Below are positions 38,059-50,315 of a stretch of 64,000 bases of DNA, one piece after another. Positions within the stretch are counted from its first letter, which is position 1; each line of letters opens with the position of its first letter. Source of the stretch: Rhizodiscina lignyota (Eukaryota). The stretch covers positions 2,266,453-2,330,452 of the forward strand of contig ML978122.1 of the NCBI GenBank assembly GCA_010015805.1. The letters run 5' to 3'. Under the pieces are notes generated by a model. The model made no database searches and was not told where the DNA came from. It worked only from the letters and a program-made list of their open reading frames with translations. Position numbers and translations under genes: made by a program.

Positions 38059-38550
38059 CTAATAGCCTTCCTGGTCACGCTTGAAGTTGACCTCATCCGC
38101 ATTCTTCCACTGGGTCGGGTTCATCGCCATACGCTTGTAAGCTTCTTTGAACTCCAGCTCAGCTTCGGGCTTAGCGTCACGCTTCACCTTGTACCCTTCT
38201 TGGTCGCGCTTGAAGTTGACCTCGTCTGCGTTCTGCCACTGAGTCGGATTCATCGCCATGCGCTTATAAGCCTCCTCGGAGGCTTCAGGCTCAGCTTCAC
38301 GCTTAACCTTATATCCCTCCTGATCGCGCTTGAAGTTGACCTCATCTGCGTTCTGCCACTGGGTCGGATTCATCGCCATGCGCTTATAAGCTTCCTCGGG
38401 CTGGGCATCACGAACATCCAGAGCTACAACAGCGGTGTGAGCATCGTCTCTTGATAGAGATTGACGACAACTCTTACATTTCTTCTCAATCATCGGAACT
38501 GCGGCGACGAAAGCGGCAATTGCAGCAACGACGATGGCGTTCCACTTCAT
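38059..38550 (-). CDS. Secreted Kex2-processed repeat protein (KEP); candidate RiPP precursor
   Basis: Signal peptide MKWNAIVVAAIAAFVAA; probable 54-nt in-frame intron 38477-38424 (GTAAGA..GCTCAC..TAG); three KR-flanked MAMNPTQW(Q/K)NADEVNF repeats, each followed by DQEGY. Confidence 0.9.
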   Translation of the reverse strand: MKWNAIVVAAIAAFVAAVPMIEKKCKSCRQSLSRDDAHTAVVALDVRDAQPEEAYKRMAMNPTQWQNADEVNFKRDQEGYKVKREAEPEASEEAYKRMAMNPTQWQNADEVNFKRDQEGYKVKRDAKPEAELEFKEAYKRMAMNPTQWKNADEVNFKRDQEGY

Positions 38551-39248
38551 GATTGCGGTGGTTTAAAGATTGAAGTTGGTAATTGAGGTACAGATGTCGG
38601 CGAACTCTGGACTGAAAGAGCAATACCTCTTTTCGCTGACGCTGTGAGGCCTTTATAGAGCGTGATACGGTACGCCTTGAAGAACGCAAGCGATCTCCTG
38701 CCCCAGTCAACCTGGGCTTGATTGGTTCATACTGTGCGTTTGATTGTAGACGCTAGTATATCAATAACTGCTCTTCTTTCGGCAATGTCAAGTTCAAGTC
38801 TCCACCAGGACGCTGGCTATTTGCTTCCGCGGCATTGGATGAGACCGATTGCCCCAATTTGGCAATGTGACACTCAAATCCGGGTCTTCATGCAATGGGG
38901 GTCGCTCAGATACGTTGCATGTGGCGGTTGAAGTAATCCTGGATTGACGCATGTCCCTGTACAGAGTCGACTTGGATGTTTCAACCCCTCCATGTAGCCG
39001 TTACGGTGAGCTGTAATCCATGGTTTTTTTAATGCTGATGAGAGCAGGTGCGATAAGGGCGGCTGAGAGCTTTTCCTCATACGAGTGATCTTCGTCCTCG
39101 TCACATTTATCCGCGTTACAAAGCTGCAAGCGAACTTTGCTTTGTCCATGTTGTCTTGAAAGCTCATTTGTCTGCTCTTGATTCTTGAGCTCATATCCTC
39201 ATCAAAACCTCAAACTCTCAATAGCCAAGATTTTGTGGAATACGCAAA

Positions 39249-40294
39249 ATGAAGTCGTTCTTTCAGCAAATTCATCGGAAATTCTTAATCATGGAGAAAG
39301 ATTTAGAATCATATGCTCCGCTTCGGCGAGGTTCGGCATCTCTCAGCGACGAACACCTTGATGCCACCATCTATCAAAGACAACCAAAACGGCGAGAATG
39401 GCTTTGGAGAGGCTCTGCCCTATTCCTCCTCGTAACGGTCAACATCATGGTTCTATTCATAATCTTTCATTTTAACAAGCGCATGGCTCCTGCAAACAAT
39501 GAGCCTGAACCCCCAGAGTTTGGCTACGGTATGGATCACTAAAGCGATATATTCGCTTGCAATGACTAACAAGTATATAGCTCCCATTGAAGAACTTCCC
39601 ACTGTATATAGACGTTTCGATTGGTGGACAGCGTATTCCAGCGACAACACCACGGAAAGCGAAAAGTCTTGGGACGATATCAACCCGGCTCACGGCTTCA
39701 TTGCAATGGATAAGCAATGGGCAAAAGAGCACAATTGGCCGGACTCCATGTATCCTCCGGACGACAGGAACAAGAAGGTGTATCTCTTAGAGGCCTACCA
39801 TCTCCTGCATTGCTTGGTAAGAGGGCGTTGTACAGCAGTCTTCGCTTTGTACTGATTTTACTAGACTGTGACGCGGAAGACCTTTTGGCAGGCTGTGAAC
39901 GGTGAAGAGCTGTACTGGCGTCCACCACATGTTGCCCATTGTCTCGACATGCTTCGTCAAGTAAGCCACGAAGTATCACATACAAAATGAGAGTGCTAAT
40001 TCTGCAAAGTATATTGTGTGTAAAGCAGACAATACACCGCTCTTCACCTTTGGTGACAACACAGCTGGAGATGAACAGTACCGAAAGTGCAAGAGTTGGG
40101 ATGCGCTCCGCGATTATGCAACCGAAAACTCAGCGTGCTACCGTGACGTTCCAAAGGGTGTCGATCGCGACAACTTTTCATTAGGAGAACACTTCGGCTA
40201 CTGCGATGGCGGGTACGATGGTGTTATTGTTGAGGCAGATAGACGAGGCAACTGGGAGCATGGTGCTCTCCACAGAATAGACGAGGTCGCTTAA
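39249..40294 (+). CDS. DUF3328/UstYa-family oxidase #1
   Basis: N-terminal TM helix. Introns 39529-39580, 39817-39864 and 39961-40009 give WDDI, EAYHLLHCL, HVAHCLDMLRQ-YIVCKADNTPL, CKSWDAL (two HxxHC motifs). Confidence 0.9.
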
Positions 40295-42432
40295 GGGACG
40301 GGCGGTGCGGCCGCAGAGATCTCAGAAGTCCCCTGTAAGGACCCATGGGTGTGGATCGGCAGTGTGATTTGGACGCCATCGCAAGGCATGGATTGCCAGA
40401 CTTGGGAGGAGAGACAAGCTTTACTCCGTACCACTACTACTATCCGCATCGAAAAGTCAATGAGTAGAAAGACTGCCAGACATTGCTGCATGTTGGATTA
40501 GAGTTCTGACGGGAGAAGGTTACCTAGGTAGGTAATTTGGGCTAATCAAAGTCGAGCTGGATTCTACTCGCTCGCTCATATGCCTGCAATGCTGCATCAT
40601 CTCCCCGGTGAGCTTATGCCCCTTCGCTGCGACTCTACTTTGGCTACCAATTCACCGGAAGAAAGTCCTACTGGCGCCTTATGCGGATCAGCGTCACGAA
40701 GTCCCGGAAAGGCACATCGGTTAAACAGCCCGAACATTGGGCATGCCATACGGCCCCTACAGCTTGGATCAAGGCAGATCTAGTTCGAGACATGTGCTCA
40801 GTGCATACGTGCATGCTTTCGACAAATTTCCCCAGACTCAAATGATTATTGTCAACTTCTCCAGAACTTGCGAGTCAGTACTTGCGAGTTAGTACCGGGG
40901 TAGACTCTCGACATCTCGCACTGCGAGCTACATTTACCCCTTGGCCATGCTCATCAAGTATGCACTTCTTGGTGCTTGAGAGTACATCGAAGTACTGATC
41001 ATGAAGTTTTCCAGGATCCACGCTTCGCTTGAAAGGCACTTGGTGGGTCCCACGGTACGTCAGTAACATCTCTATTTAGCGAAGTCGTGCGCGATATGCA
41101 TGTAACACTCTGTCCCGTGCACACGCGAGCTGTCACGTCGTCAATGCAGGAGTTCTGAATTGAGCTCAACACTTGTAGATTCATCGAGGTCCCCACTCAA
41201 GCGGTAAGTAGCAATACCTCCTTCCGGATTGGAATACTCCAATAGCATTTGGTATTCAGTCGAAGGTGATGAATATGATCGAGACCGCCTTAAACAAAGG
41301 ATCGGGATCCAAGCAGAATCGCAGTCATCAGAATTCTCGCAGTCAACGGGAGACAGCGAATAGTCTGACTCTGTACTATGGTAGAGCTTCACACTGCAAA
41401 GCCAGAAGGTCAGCACATCAAGCTGTCTCAGAACGACTGCATCTTGATCATGACGCCTCGGGCATGCATGTAACTTCTTGCCGAACATTTGCAAAGGTGG
41501 TACAATGCTCAGAGGTGTCGTTACATCCTTGCTACATTTGTTCACGTAAGCAGCTCTCCTGGAGCAGACGCCACATCCGCCATCAGGTTATTAACCAATC
41601 GAGTTAGACTTCCGCAAGTGTCTTGCTTGCCTTCCCATGAAACATCTTCCACAGCTCAGCATGCCGACACCATCATGCGGAGTTACGGCTTCTTCAAGAT
41701 CGGGTCATGCCTGCCGCTGATGGTCAGAGCTGAACGGCCCTTGCAACTCTCGTATGTTCTCATGCCGGCCTGCTCTACCGTATCCAGTACCTGACGGACA
41801 TCGGCTTATCTTGCCATCGTCTACTGTAGAAATAAGCTCGCCAGATCAGAAGACTAGCGAGGTCCCCATCATGTCGACTCCACAGTAAGAAGGATGGGTG
41901 CATAGCTGTGACGGGCTACCCGTCCTTTCGGAAACAGGAGACTTCCATTATCGATATGGCTTTCACTCTGACAACCTATCGCATACCGAATCCAGTAGTA
42001 CCATTGCGTATCATACTGTAATGGCAGCCGAACCGAAGCTCGAAATGGGCATTGAACTCTTCTCGCCCGAGTCAAGCGTCTATGCTCTCTCTTACACCAG
42101 CAGATCTTCTGTCGATTTCCTAATCTTTATTTCGTATATACATATCACTCAGCACTTTGCTTCATACAGTGATTGAGCATTTAAACAGCCCCCAAATTTC
42201 GACGACACATCGCACGGGCGGTCCCATAGACTGGAAATATGAGCACTGCTCCATAATACATCAACAATAATCACATTCTGCCCTGCAAGCAGCATCTCAC
42301 TCCGAAACTCCAGAGTCAACGGAGACTAGTTTCAGGACGCACTTTTCCGGGGCACCGCGTGCATGGCTTTTTCCCTTCCCAACCTCTCTTGAGCGCCGCT
42401 CTAGTTCGATCTCTCAACAATCTATCACGCTC

Positions 42433-43261
42433 ATGTCTTCCGATGATGACCTTGAAGACACTCCACTGCATCCTGAGAAAGATGATCTTGAGATACCTCG
42501 GCGTTGGAGGAGGCGGATACCAGTCATAGACAGCCAAAAACTCTTTCAATACTGGACTATCTTCACAACGACGCTTTGCGTATTCCTGCTTCTGCTGCTT
42601 TATTTTCAAAGTCCCATTATCGAGTATGCCGGTGGAGGTCTGAAAGACATTAGAAATGGCTTCTATGATGCGGAGGACAGATGGGTGAAACAAGATGTTG
42701 TGCCAACACGATACCATCGCGATCTGCGATATATGACGATTGATCATGACAATGATTGGTTATGGCAAGAAGATTCAGATCCACACGCCGGATTAATCTT
42801 GATGCCCGCAAGTGATGGCTCGGACAATGCCACGGAGAGATCGATTAGCATGTAAATGCCACTCAGCAGCCTCATTCCACTTCGGAGCTAAACTGAAGCA
42901 GGTTTCACCAACTTCATTGTCTGTCATCGATGCGGAAGGCCATCCAGGAAGCGAAAGACGGGAAAGATATTGGAACCGACTACAGAGACAACACACACTG
43001 GCCGCATTGCTTTGACTATTTGCGATCGGTAAGGTTCCACAATCGGGATCTTCGAACTGTGCGCTAATGCAGGATTTGAAGAGCATTCTCTGTGCTGCCG
43101 ACGGAACTCTCGAAAGACCGACAACCGTTCCGCATCCGATCAAAGGCAAGGTCGAACTTATTGATGGATCCGATGATATCAGGTATTGTCGAGATAATAA
43201 GCCTCTGTACGAACTCTGGAGAGCTCATGGACAGTATGGGCAATTCTCAGGGATAGTTTAA
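42433..43261 (+). CDS. DUF3328/UstYa-family oxidase #2
   Basis: N-terminal TM helix. Introns about 42852-42901 and 43029-43081 give ISMFHQLHCLSSMR, HWPHCFDYLRS-SILCAADGTLE, CRD (two HxxHC motifs). Confidence 0.9.
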
Positions 43262-44062
43262 ACTGTACAAATATAAATTCAATGTTGGTACGTGATGCCG
43301 ATGAACTCGTGATCTTTCTTTTCTGATCTTTTGCAATATGTCCTTTTCTATTCTACATTTTGAACTTTCAAACCCAATTCATACGTACAGCATTCTCCGC
43401 GGCAAAAAGAGCGATGTATTCCAGGGCCCTGGCGCTGATCCCGTGGCGCTGTGGTGTTAGCGCCTGAAGGATCAGATCTAGACTTGTCGCAGACACTGCA
43501 TATGTATGCCGGAGCTGCAACTCCGGTGAAAGAAGAAAGCGAGAGGAAATTCAATTGCCAACCGGCTCTGAGAGATTCAGCAGGAGGTTGATCAGTGATC
43601 TAGACTCAAGTACATCAAGATGCGAAAGCAGAGATTCGATCTTTATTTTGGCAAATATGAAGTTCGATTTACCTCTCAAGCTATGATGGAAGCCTTACGC
43701 GAAAATCGCCTGGCAGGATAAGGTGAGTGTGGCGACGCTAGTGGCATGTTTGGCATGTCTGATCGCAATCCCAGCAAATCATCAAGCCAATCAGCGTCGT
43801 ACCGGAGATGTCTCCTTACCAGGGCGCCAGTTCTTAAATGTGGCGCGCGGGGTTCTTTCATCAGTCTTCCATCATGTGTGCCCTGAACTTGGAATAGTTT
43901 TGGAACTGAGAGCAAAGATGCTACACATGTCTTAACAGAGCACGAATGATCAATGTGGGTTGATTGATTAAGGAAGGAAGCTCTCAAGGAGAAGTGCTCG
44001 TTTATATACGGGGGAGCGCTATTTAACTAACGGCTAAGGGTGCGCACTGATCGCCTCCTGAC

Positions 44063-46681
44063 ATGTCTGGAGAATATCGATTGATTCTCCCAGCTGCAGC
44101 TGGAAGAAACCAACCAAAAAGGCCAGAAAACCCATCTAAGGGCAAGAGGATCGGGACCACCGCGGCTTGTGGGAGTTGTCGGAAGAGTAAGATCAGGGTT
44201 TGTGCCTCACGGCTACTTGCCTTTTCTCACTGACTTTTTATTCATTAGTGTTCTGGAGAAAGACCGACATGCGAAGCGTGCCGAGACAAAACCCAAGCCT
44301 GCGAATATGATACACTTCCAGGCGAATCACGAAGCGGCTCGCTTAGAGCGAAGAACGAGCGACTAGAAACTGATCTTACTACCCTGTTGGAAATTTACTG
44401 GTCTGTATTTCTGTTTTCTGTTCCTGAGAATCCTCCGAGAGATCTGACCTTCATTAGGTTTTTACAGACCAAGCCAACATCGGAGGCCGAGGGAGCTCTG
44501 GCATCCATACGCTTGGGAGCGGAACCTTCCAGAGTGCTGGAAGCCTTGCGCTCAAACCGGAACTCATCCTCTGCCCAAGATAGTTCAAACTCCGTCCTGA
44601 ATGGTGTGGACTCCTCCCCGCACGATGGCGAAATTTCCATGCAAGATATCTCAAATTCCACCCCACATCCAGGATCCTCATTTCAATCCGATCATTCCTC
44701 CCGGTCTGAATCTGCCTCTCAGACTCCCGGGTCTAAGATAACCGTCATACACGAAGGCGGAACTGCGGCTCTTTCACCGGAAGAACCCACTTTCCAAGCC
44801 ATGCTCAGGTCACCGAATACCATTATGGCACTGGAGCGCGGCGTCGAGGCATTTCACACATGCACTGGATGCATCTTCCACATCTTCGATCAGAATGAAG
44901 CTAAGGAATTGCTCTCTACCGTAATCCCGGTCATTAGAGAGGCCGGCGAGAACTGGCCACTATTGATGCTTGGAGATTCGACGCTCACTCCTTTGAAGGC
45001 TTCCTTGTGTGGAGTCAGCATTATGGCAGCAATTGGCTTACAATACACGAAAGATCCAATTCCAGCTCTGGGCTCGAACCATCGGAAAAGAATGGGACGT
45101 ATCCTTACGTAACTATTTTCTATGAGCTATCAAGGCATTTGATGGAAGCGGCCATCGAAAACAACGCCCTCGAGGCCATGAAAATATGCGCGGGCTTGAG
45201 CATGTATAACATTATTGGGCATTCGACCATAGCGTTGGCTTATACTGGTACGTCGAACCCAGCTGCACAACCCACCTTTGCTTTGGCATGAGATGTACTG
45301 ACAGTTTCAAGACATGGGCCTCAATATTGCTGTTAATATGGGTTTAAATTTCCGCCAGTCCCCTGTTGGGGTCACCCAAGAAAGATGGTTAAACCAAAAG
45401 AGGGTTGCGAGGACTCTTGTAACGTTGCGCGGGTATATATGATGCAGATGTGCACTCCTACAACAGGTGCTGACAGTTAACAGCTGGCTTGTTAGCACTC
45501 TCGGATACGTGCCACGAGATAATATTGGCTTTCGCTCTGCGGTAAGGCCAAATTTGCTGTGAGAGAGTCTGCATTACTTAACCTAATACTTCATCGTACT
45601 GCGCAGGTCCATTGGATGGCCGATCAGGAGGATCTCTCCGGTAAAGAGATTATCCAAAGGGAACTGGCAAAGGTGGTTGAGATCGAAGCCAACCTCCTTC
45701 ACACCGTAAAAAGCTTCACGAACATCTCTCCTCCAATATTTTCTTCGATCCGCGGAGACTTAGCGCGATGGTATCAACAACTACCTGACTGGATGCACTT
45801 GAGTGCACTCATTGGTCCTGATGCCGAGCCGAACCCCCTAAAGAGAACAGTATTTCTTGTACACCTCTTCTACCTCTCCGCAAACATACTTGTAGCTCGA
45901 CTCGCACAGGGAAACAAGGAGTCTCCAGCGGCGCGGTACGATATTGGAGAGGTGAGGATTGCTATCGGTGACGGCTTGCTTGCAGCACGAACAGCAGCTC
46001 GGATACTACAATTGCAGCTCGATGAACAAACGGTCTTTCAAAGGTGTTGGCTTTGCGAGTAATTGCCCCATTCCCCTAATGCAAAACAGAGCGGTAGAGC
46101 TGATTGAACAAATTTCCAGATTTACGTCGTACATGTCCTGCCTTACCCTTCTGCATAGTACCGCGCAGATGATACTACATAACTACCCTGAATCCGCCTG
46201 GCGGAAGGAGCTTCCCTATGCAAAGTCTACCCTTGACGTTCTCGAGCATTGCGGAGCTGTAGACCCGGTGGGGAAGCAATTTGCAGAGATGACGCGAGCA
46301 TATCACGACAATCTTAAAGCACAGGGGCAGGCTGACAACCAAGATATGAACCTCTCAGACGTCGCCATGCCCGATCAACTCGACCATCTCTTCACCACTC
46401 CTTCAGGTGCACCTGCGGAACTCCTCCAAATATCCCAGGAACTCCTCAAACTCATCGGCCGTCCCTTCGGACACTCGTCGAACCTGCACACCGAAGGTTC
46501 ACTCAAAGCTGGCTTTGGCTCTCAGCTCGACTGGAATACCTTTGTCACCTTACCGTTCAACAAAACTCCCTCGGACTCCATGAACAGCATGTCCCTCCTC
46601 TCGAAGGCATTCTCGAGCATGCGCTGGGGCCAGTTTGTTGGATCGTCAAGACCGCATGGATGGGCCATGGTTCCGAGTTAA
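44063..46681 (+). CDS. Zn(II)2Cys6 transcription factor with fungal TF middle-homology region; apparent frameshift near 45070
   Basis: CGSCRKSKIR|CSGERPTCEACRDKTQACEY after splicing; later LARWYQQLPDWMHL and VHLFYLSANIL; several introns. Confidence 0.8.
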
Positions 46682-47292
46682 GAGCGAGACTTGAGAGGGA
46701 AATGAGTCGGGAGCTGGAGGCATGATTAGCTCCTTGTCATCTTTTCCCCTGAAGTTTTTATTTGCTTAACTGGGTCGTGGGCTTGTTCTGTCGCTTTATA
46801 TTCCTAATGCGTCTCAAAGCTCCTGTGGCCAGAGTCAAACATTGAAGGGCGACTTTTATTCCGACCGCCTCGGGCGAGTGTATATTAGATGGAGTATTCA
46901 GATTGGGGAACAGCGTCACATATGGTATTCCTCTGCCAGAGTCTGGCAGCGAAGAGCTCATAAGGCTACGCATGCACTATTACCACATCCAATCTATCTT
47001 GCATTGCGACCTTGAGATTCCAAGTACTCTACGCTGTCCGCAGTTCTGAGGATGAAGCCGAATAGGACTTTGAAGGTCGTCCTGAGACACGCCCAAAGTT
47101 CTGGCCCACAATATTGTGAATTCCGATCGGATACGATAACCTTAAGAAGCCGCAAAATAAAAATAGAAAGGCATTTCGTCGTCAACCAATCGGAGTTCAA
47201 CAAGGACGCTATGTCTTTCAGCCACCAATCGTTCGGAGATGGGCCCCGCAGCGAGGTGCACCGCCTCGGGCCGCATAGAGGATATCCCTGTC

Positions 47293-48340
47293 ACGTGATC
47301 TACACCACCTCATGATCTACCCACAACGAAAAACTCGCATTTTTAAAAATTGAATAACTTTATTAATATACGCTTAATAGAGCTCGCTCTTAAAGTATTA
47401 AAGAGCTAAGATCCTCTTCGATATACTATAATAGCGAAACAGTATAATATCGATAAAAGTACGCTTCGCCGCTACTATTTAAACCTTACCGCCGAAAACC
47501 GTAGGTTATAAGAGAGTTATTTATTACTTATATTTTAATAAGAGAAAGATCTTATAAAATATATTTATATACTTATAGTAAGAGGTATACCTCCTATATA
47601 GTCTATAATTAAGCGGTTTACTAGTAAAATAGCTTATAAAGTACTTAGAAAGAACTAGGTATCTTACTTTATTTAATAGTATAAAAACGAGCTTAAATCT
47701 AGATATCTTATAGGCGCGGATTAAACCTATAAGAAGGTAGATAATATATATAAGTATAAGCTCTATTTTAACCTAGTAAGTAGCGCTATACTTCCTATAT
47801 TTAGAGCTAATTCTTAAAGCTTTTATCTAAAATCTAAGAATATAATATTAAACCTAAAAACACTTATAATATAGATAAGAAGGGCTTTCTCCTTAGTGTT
47901 TTACATAAGATAAAGCGTATATTCACACGTAAAGAGTAGGAGAAAGGTCGTTTACTTAGTATAGGCTAAGATAGTTTAAGAGACTAGATTACGCTTATAG
48001 GCGCTTACTATATAGATAGTACTCTAGTATAACCTATTCTAATCTACTAAGGAGCTCTAGACAATATTTAAGATACCTAGCTAGTAGATTTCGATCTTAG
48101 AGAGTATAATTACTACTTTATAGCATTACTAAGCGGCTAGACTAATAAGGACCTTATAATATAGTAGCTAACTACTGTTTTCGACCCTATAAGTAAGAAG
48201 AAATCGTGATATAGTAGAGACTAGCGGCTACTAATTATTAATAGCTATAATTTATGTCTTCGTTTATCCTTTTTAAGAAATAGGACTTCGTATAAACCTT
48301 GTTACTTCGCTTAGCTTTTCCTTATTTATACTTACTAATT
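47293..48340 (+). mobile_element. RIP-degraded pogo/Fot1-like (Tc1-mariner) DNA transposon remnant
   Basis: Abrupt AT-rich, TpA-rich, stop-riddled segment. Reverting C>T/G>A changes gives recognisable RGIPP, GKNWVS, YNMDEKGFLLG, QDGSRDWIT, GWTN, RLLIIDGH motifs of DDE_1 transposases. Confidence 0.8.
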
Positions 48341-49040
48341 TCGGGTCAAATATATCCCGCGACATTTAACTCCAATCGATTTGCTCCACTTTATTCAATC
48401 GAGAAATAAACTCCTACGACCGCTCTTTGGAAAGCGTACGTGTGTACAGCCTGAAGCTACTATCTGCCGACGAATACGAAGTCCTCTCGTCATCTCTAGC
48501 TAGCTCAATAGCTTCAAACGTATCGCGTACAGGAGATATTCCTTAGATAGGTAATACTTGTACCGCTTCAGGAAAGAGACGCTCTTACTTGAGGAACTAG
48601 ATGGACCCTCCTACGTTCATGGGACAAGAACATTTCATGCAAGAGTGAGTGACTGGACTAGAAATGATAGAATTGGTTAATTGACTGTGACGGTAGCCTC
48701 CTTCGCTGGTCAAGGGCGCCTTAGACAAGGGACCTTTTCATTCCACGTCACCCAATCGTTCAACCTGTTCGCGATAGCTATGCACAAAGACGAACACTCA
48801 GCGCGAGTCGTCCCGCTCCTTCCCTCCCAATCGCCCCCGAAGACTGCGCCGCGATAGTGCTATGATCCTTCGAAGCCCCAGATCACGTCTATACGACCCA
48901 CCTCATGCGAATCCTCGAGGATAATCACGCTTATCCGCTACCCCCCGAGTCAATAACGCGACACACATTTGGATGATGGCGTGGCCCGATTTGGCCAGTT
49001 GGGCTGCACAGAGGATTGACTTGGGTAGGATCGCTATTCG

Positions 49041-50315
49041 ATGGAGTGTGCTGCCGGTTACGGCATGCTACATGCCATTCTAGGGGCTGACGTTGATAAG
49101 AAGCCCCGTGAAGCCAGTGGCAGCTTCTATCTGCAGACCGAGGAATTCTCCTTCAGAGCGGCTTCACACTCCACTCACAGTACCACTGCAACGGCAATGC
49201 TGTCTGACTCTCTTCGCTACACACAATTCCGAGAATGGGATCCTGAGAAAGAGTATAAAAAGACGAAGCTTCATATCAAGCAAACCGATCCAGTTAGTGT
49301 TCGGACCGTTTGCGACTCTGAAGTTACTTCAAGCGGGGCTCTGAGCAGTGGAGAGGGCTTCGTTTGTGAGTTGTTCGTCTGTTGCACCTTCTGCAGCTCG
49401 CTGATCGCTTCAGTTTCCAATGAGACTACCAGGCCAGTTGACCTCTACAGGCAGCAACATGCTGCGGTCGCATGTACCACGCCAATAATGCTGAACCCAG
49501 AGCCCGTGGATGATGGGGTCTCCTTCCATAGCATGTCGGACGAGGATGACACGTACATCGCGAGTGGCACACATCACGGCTGGGCGACCTATACACCTGG
49601 AGAAATTGGAGAGGATGACCCATCAATACTCACCGGTATTATTCCAAGCCTCCCGCTTATCTGTGTTATTTCTGACCAAGATCCAGTACCTGAACACACA
49701 CCTGAACTCTTCAACGGCCATCCTTCACCACCGTCTGCTTCGACAGCTCCCGACCGGGTATGTCCCGACGGGCTCAGCGAACCTCCCCATACGAGCTCAG
49801 TGTCAGCTGCCAAAGGCACAACGCACTTGCCAAATGAAGGAAGCTCGCCCGACGATGCTATCCCGAGAGAGTGCTGCGAACACTGTATGCGAAGCAATGG
49901 TGTTCACCAGCACACATTCATACAGCAGGACATAAAAGACCTACAAGAGAGTGTCTCAAGTCGCCTTGACCACCTTGCGAAATCGGTGGCGGCATGCTTT
50001 CAGATCATGATCTCGTCATCGACTTCGGGAGCTTCGGCTAGCAGCGCTGCACTCGATGAACCACCCCAAGGACGCAGGAAGAGGAAGCGACAGCAGAGTC
50101 CTGACGAAGGTGGAATACCGGACAACAATGATGAGCAGGAGTGGGCGGTGGAGAAGATCATTACTCACAGGGACATACGTGGGCGAGGTAAGGGAAGGCG
50201 CCTGAAGCGACAGTATCTATGCCAATGGCAACATACCTGGATGGATGAGTCTGCGTGTGAAGACTTAGCAGCACTTGACGAATACGAAAGGAGGTTAAGC
50301 ACGGCCTCCAAATGA
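49041..50315 (+). CDS. Orphan protein with C-terminal chromodomain; 5' exons probably upstream and damaged
   Basis: Ends RRKRKR..EQEWAVEKIITHRDIRGRGKGRRLKRQYLCQWQHTWMDESACEDLAALDEYERR, a chromodomain pattern preceded by an NLS-like basic patch. Confidence 0.65.
   Translation: MECAAGYGMLHAILGADVDKKPREASGSFYLQTEEFSFRAASHSTHSTTATAMLSDSLRYTQFREWDPEKEYKKTKLHIKQTDPVSVRTVCDSEVTSSGALSSGEGFVCELFVCCTFCSSLIASVSNETTRPVDLYRQQHAAVACTTPIMLNPEPVDDGVSFHSMSDEDDTYIASGTHHGWATYTPGEIGEDDPSILTGIIPSLPLICVISDQDPVPEHTPELFNGHPSPPSASTAPDRVCPDGLSEPPHTSSVSAAKGTTHLPNEGSSPDDAIPRECCEHCMRSNGVHQHTFIQQDIKDLQESVSSRLDHLAKSVAACFQIMISSSTSGASASSAALDEPPQGRRKRKRQQSPDEGGIPDNNDEQEWAVEKIITHRDIRGRGKGRRLKRQYLCQWQHTWMDESACEDLAALDEYERRLSTASK

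Noticed and set aside
38059..38550. Alpha-factor-like pheromone precursor (ppg1)
   Set aside because: It has KR sites and X-A/X-P spacers, but the repeats lack the Cys pair and WC..GQ.CW-type pattern of filamentous ascomycete alpha pheromones, and the neighbours are DUF3328 genes. Not fully excluded without a homology search.
40300..42400. Additional RiPP tailoring gene between the two DUF3328 genes
   Set aside because: Some splice-like signals on the minus strand, but I could not assemble a coherent ORF or recognise any motif.
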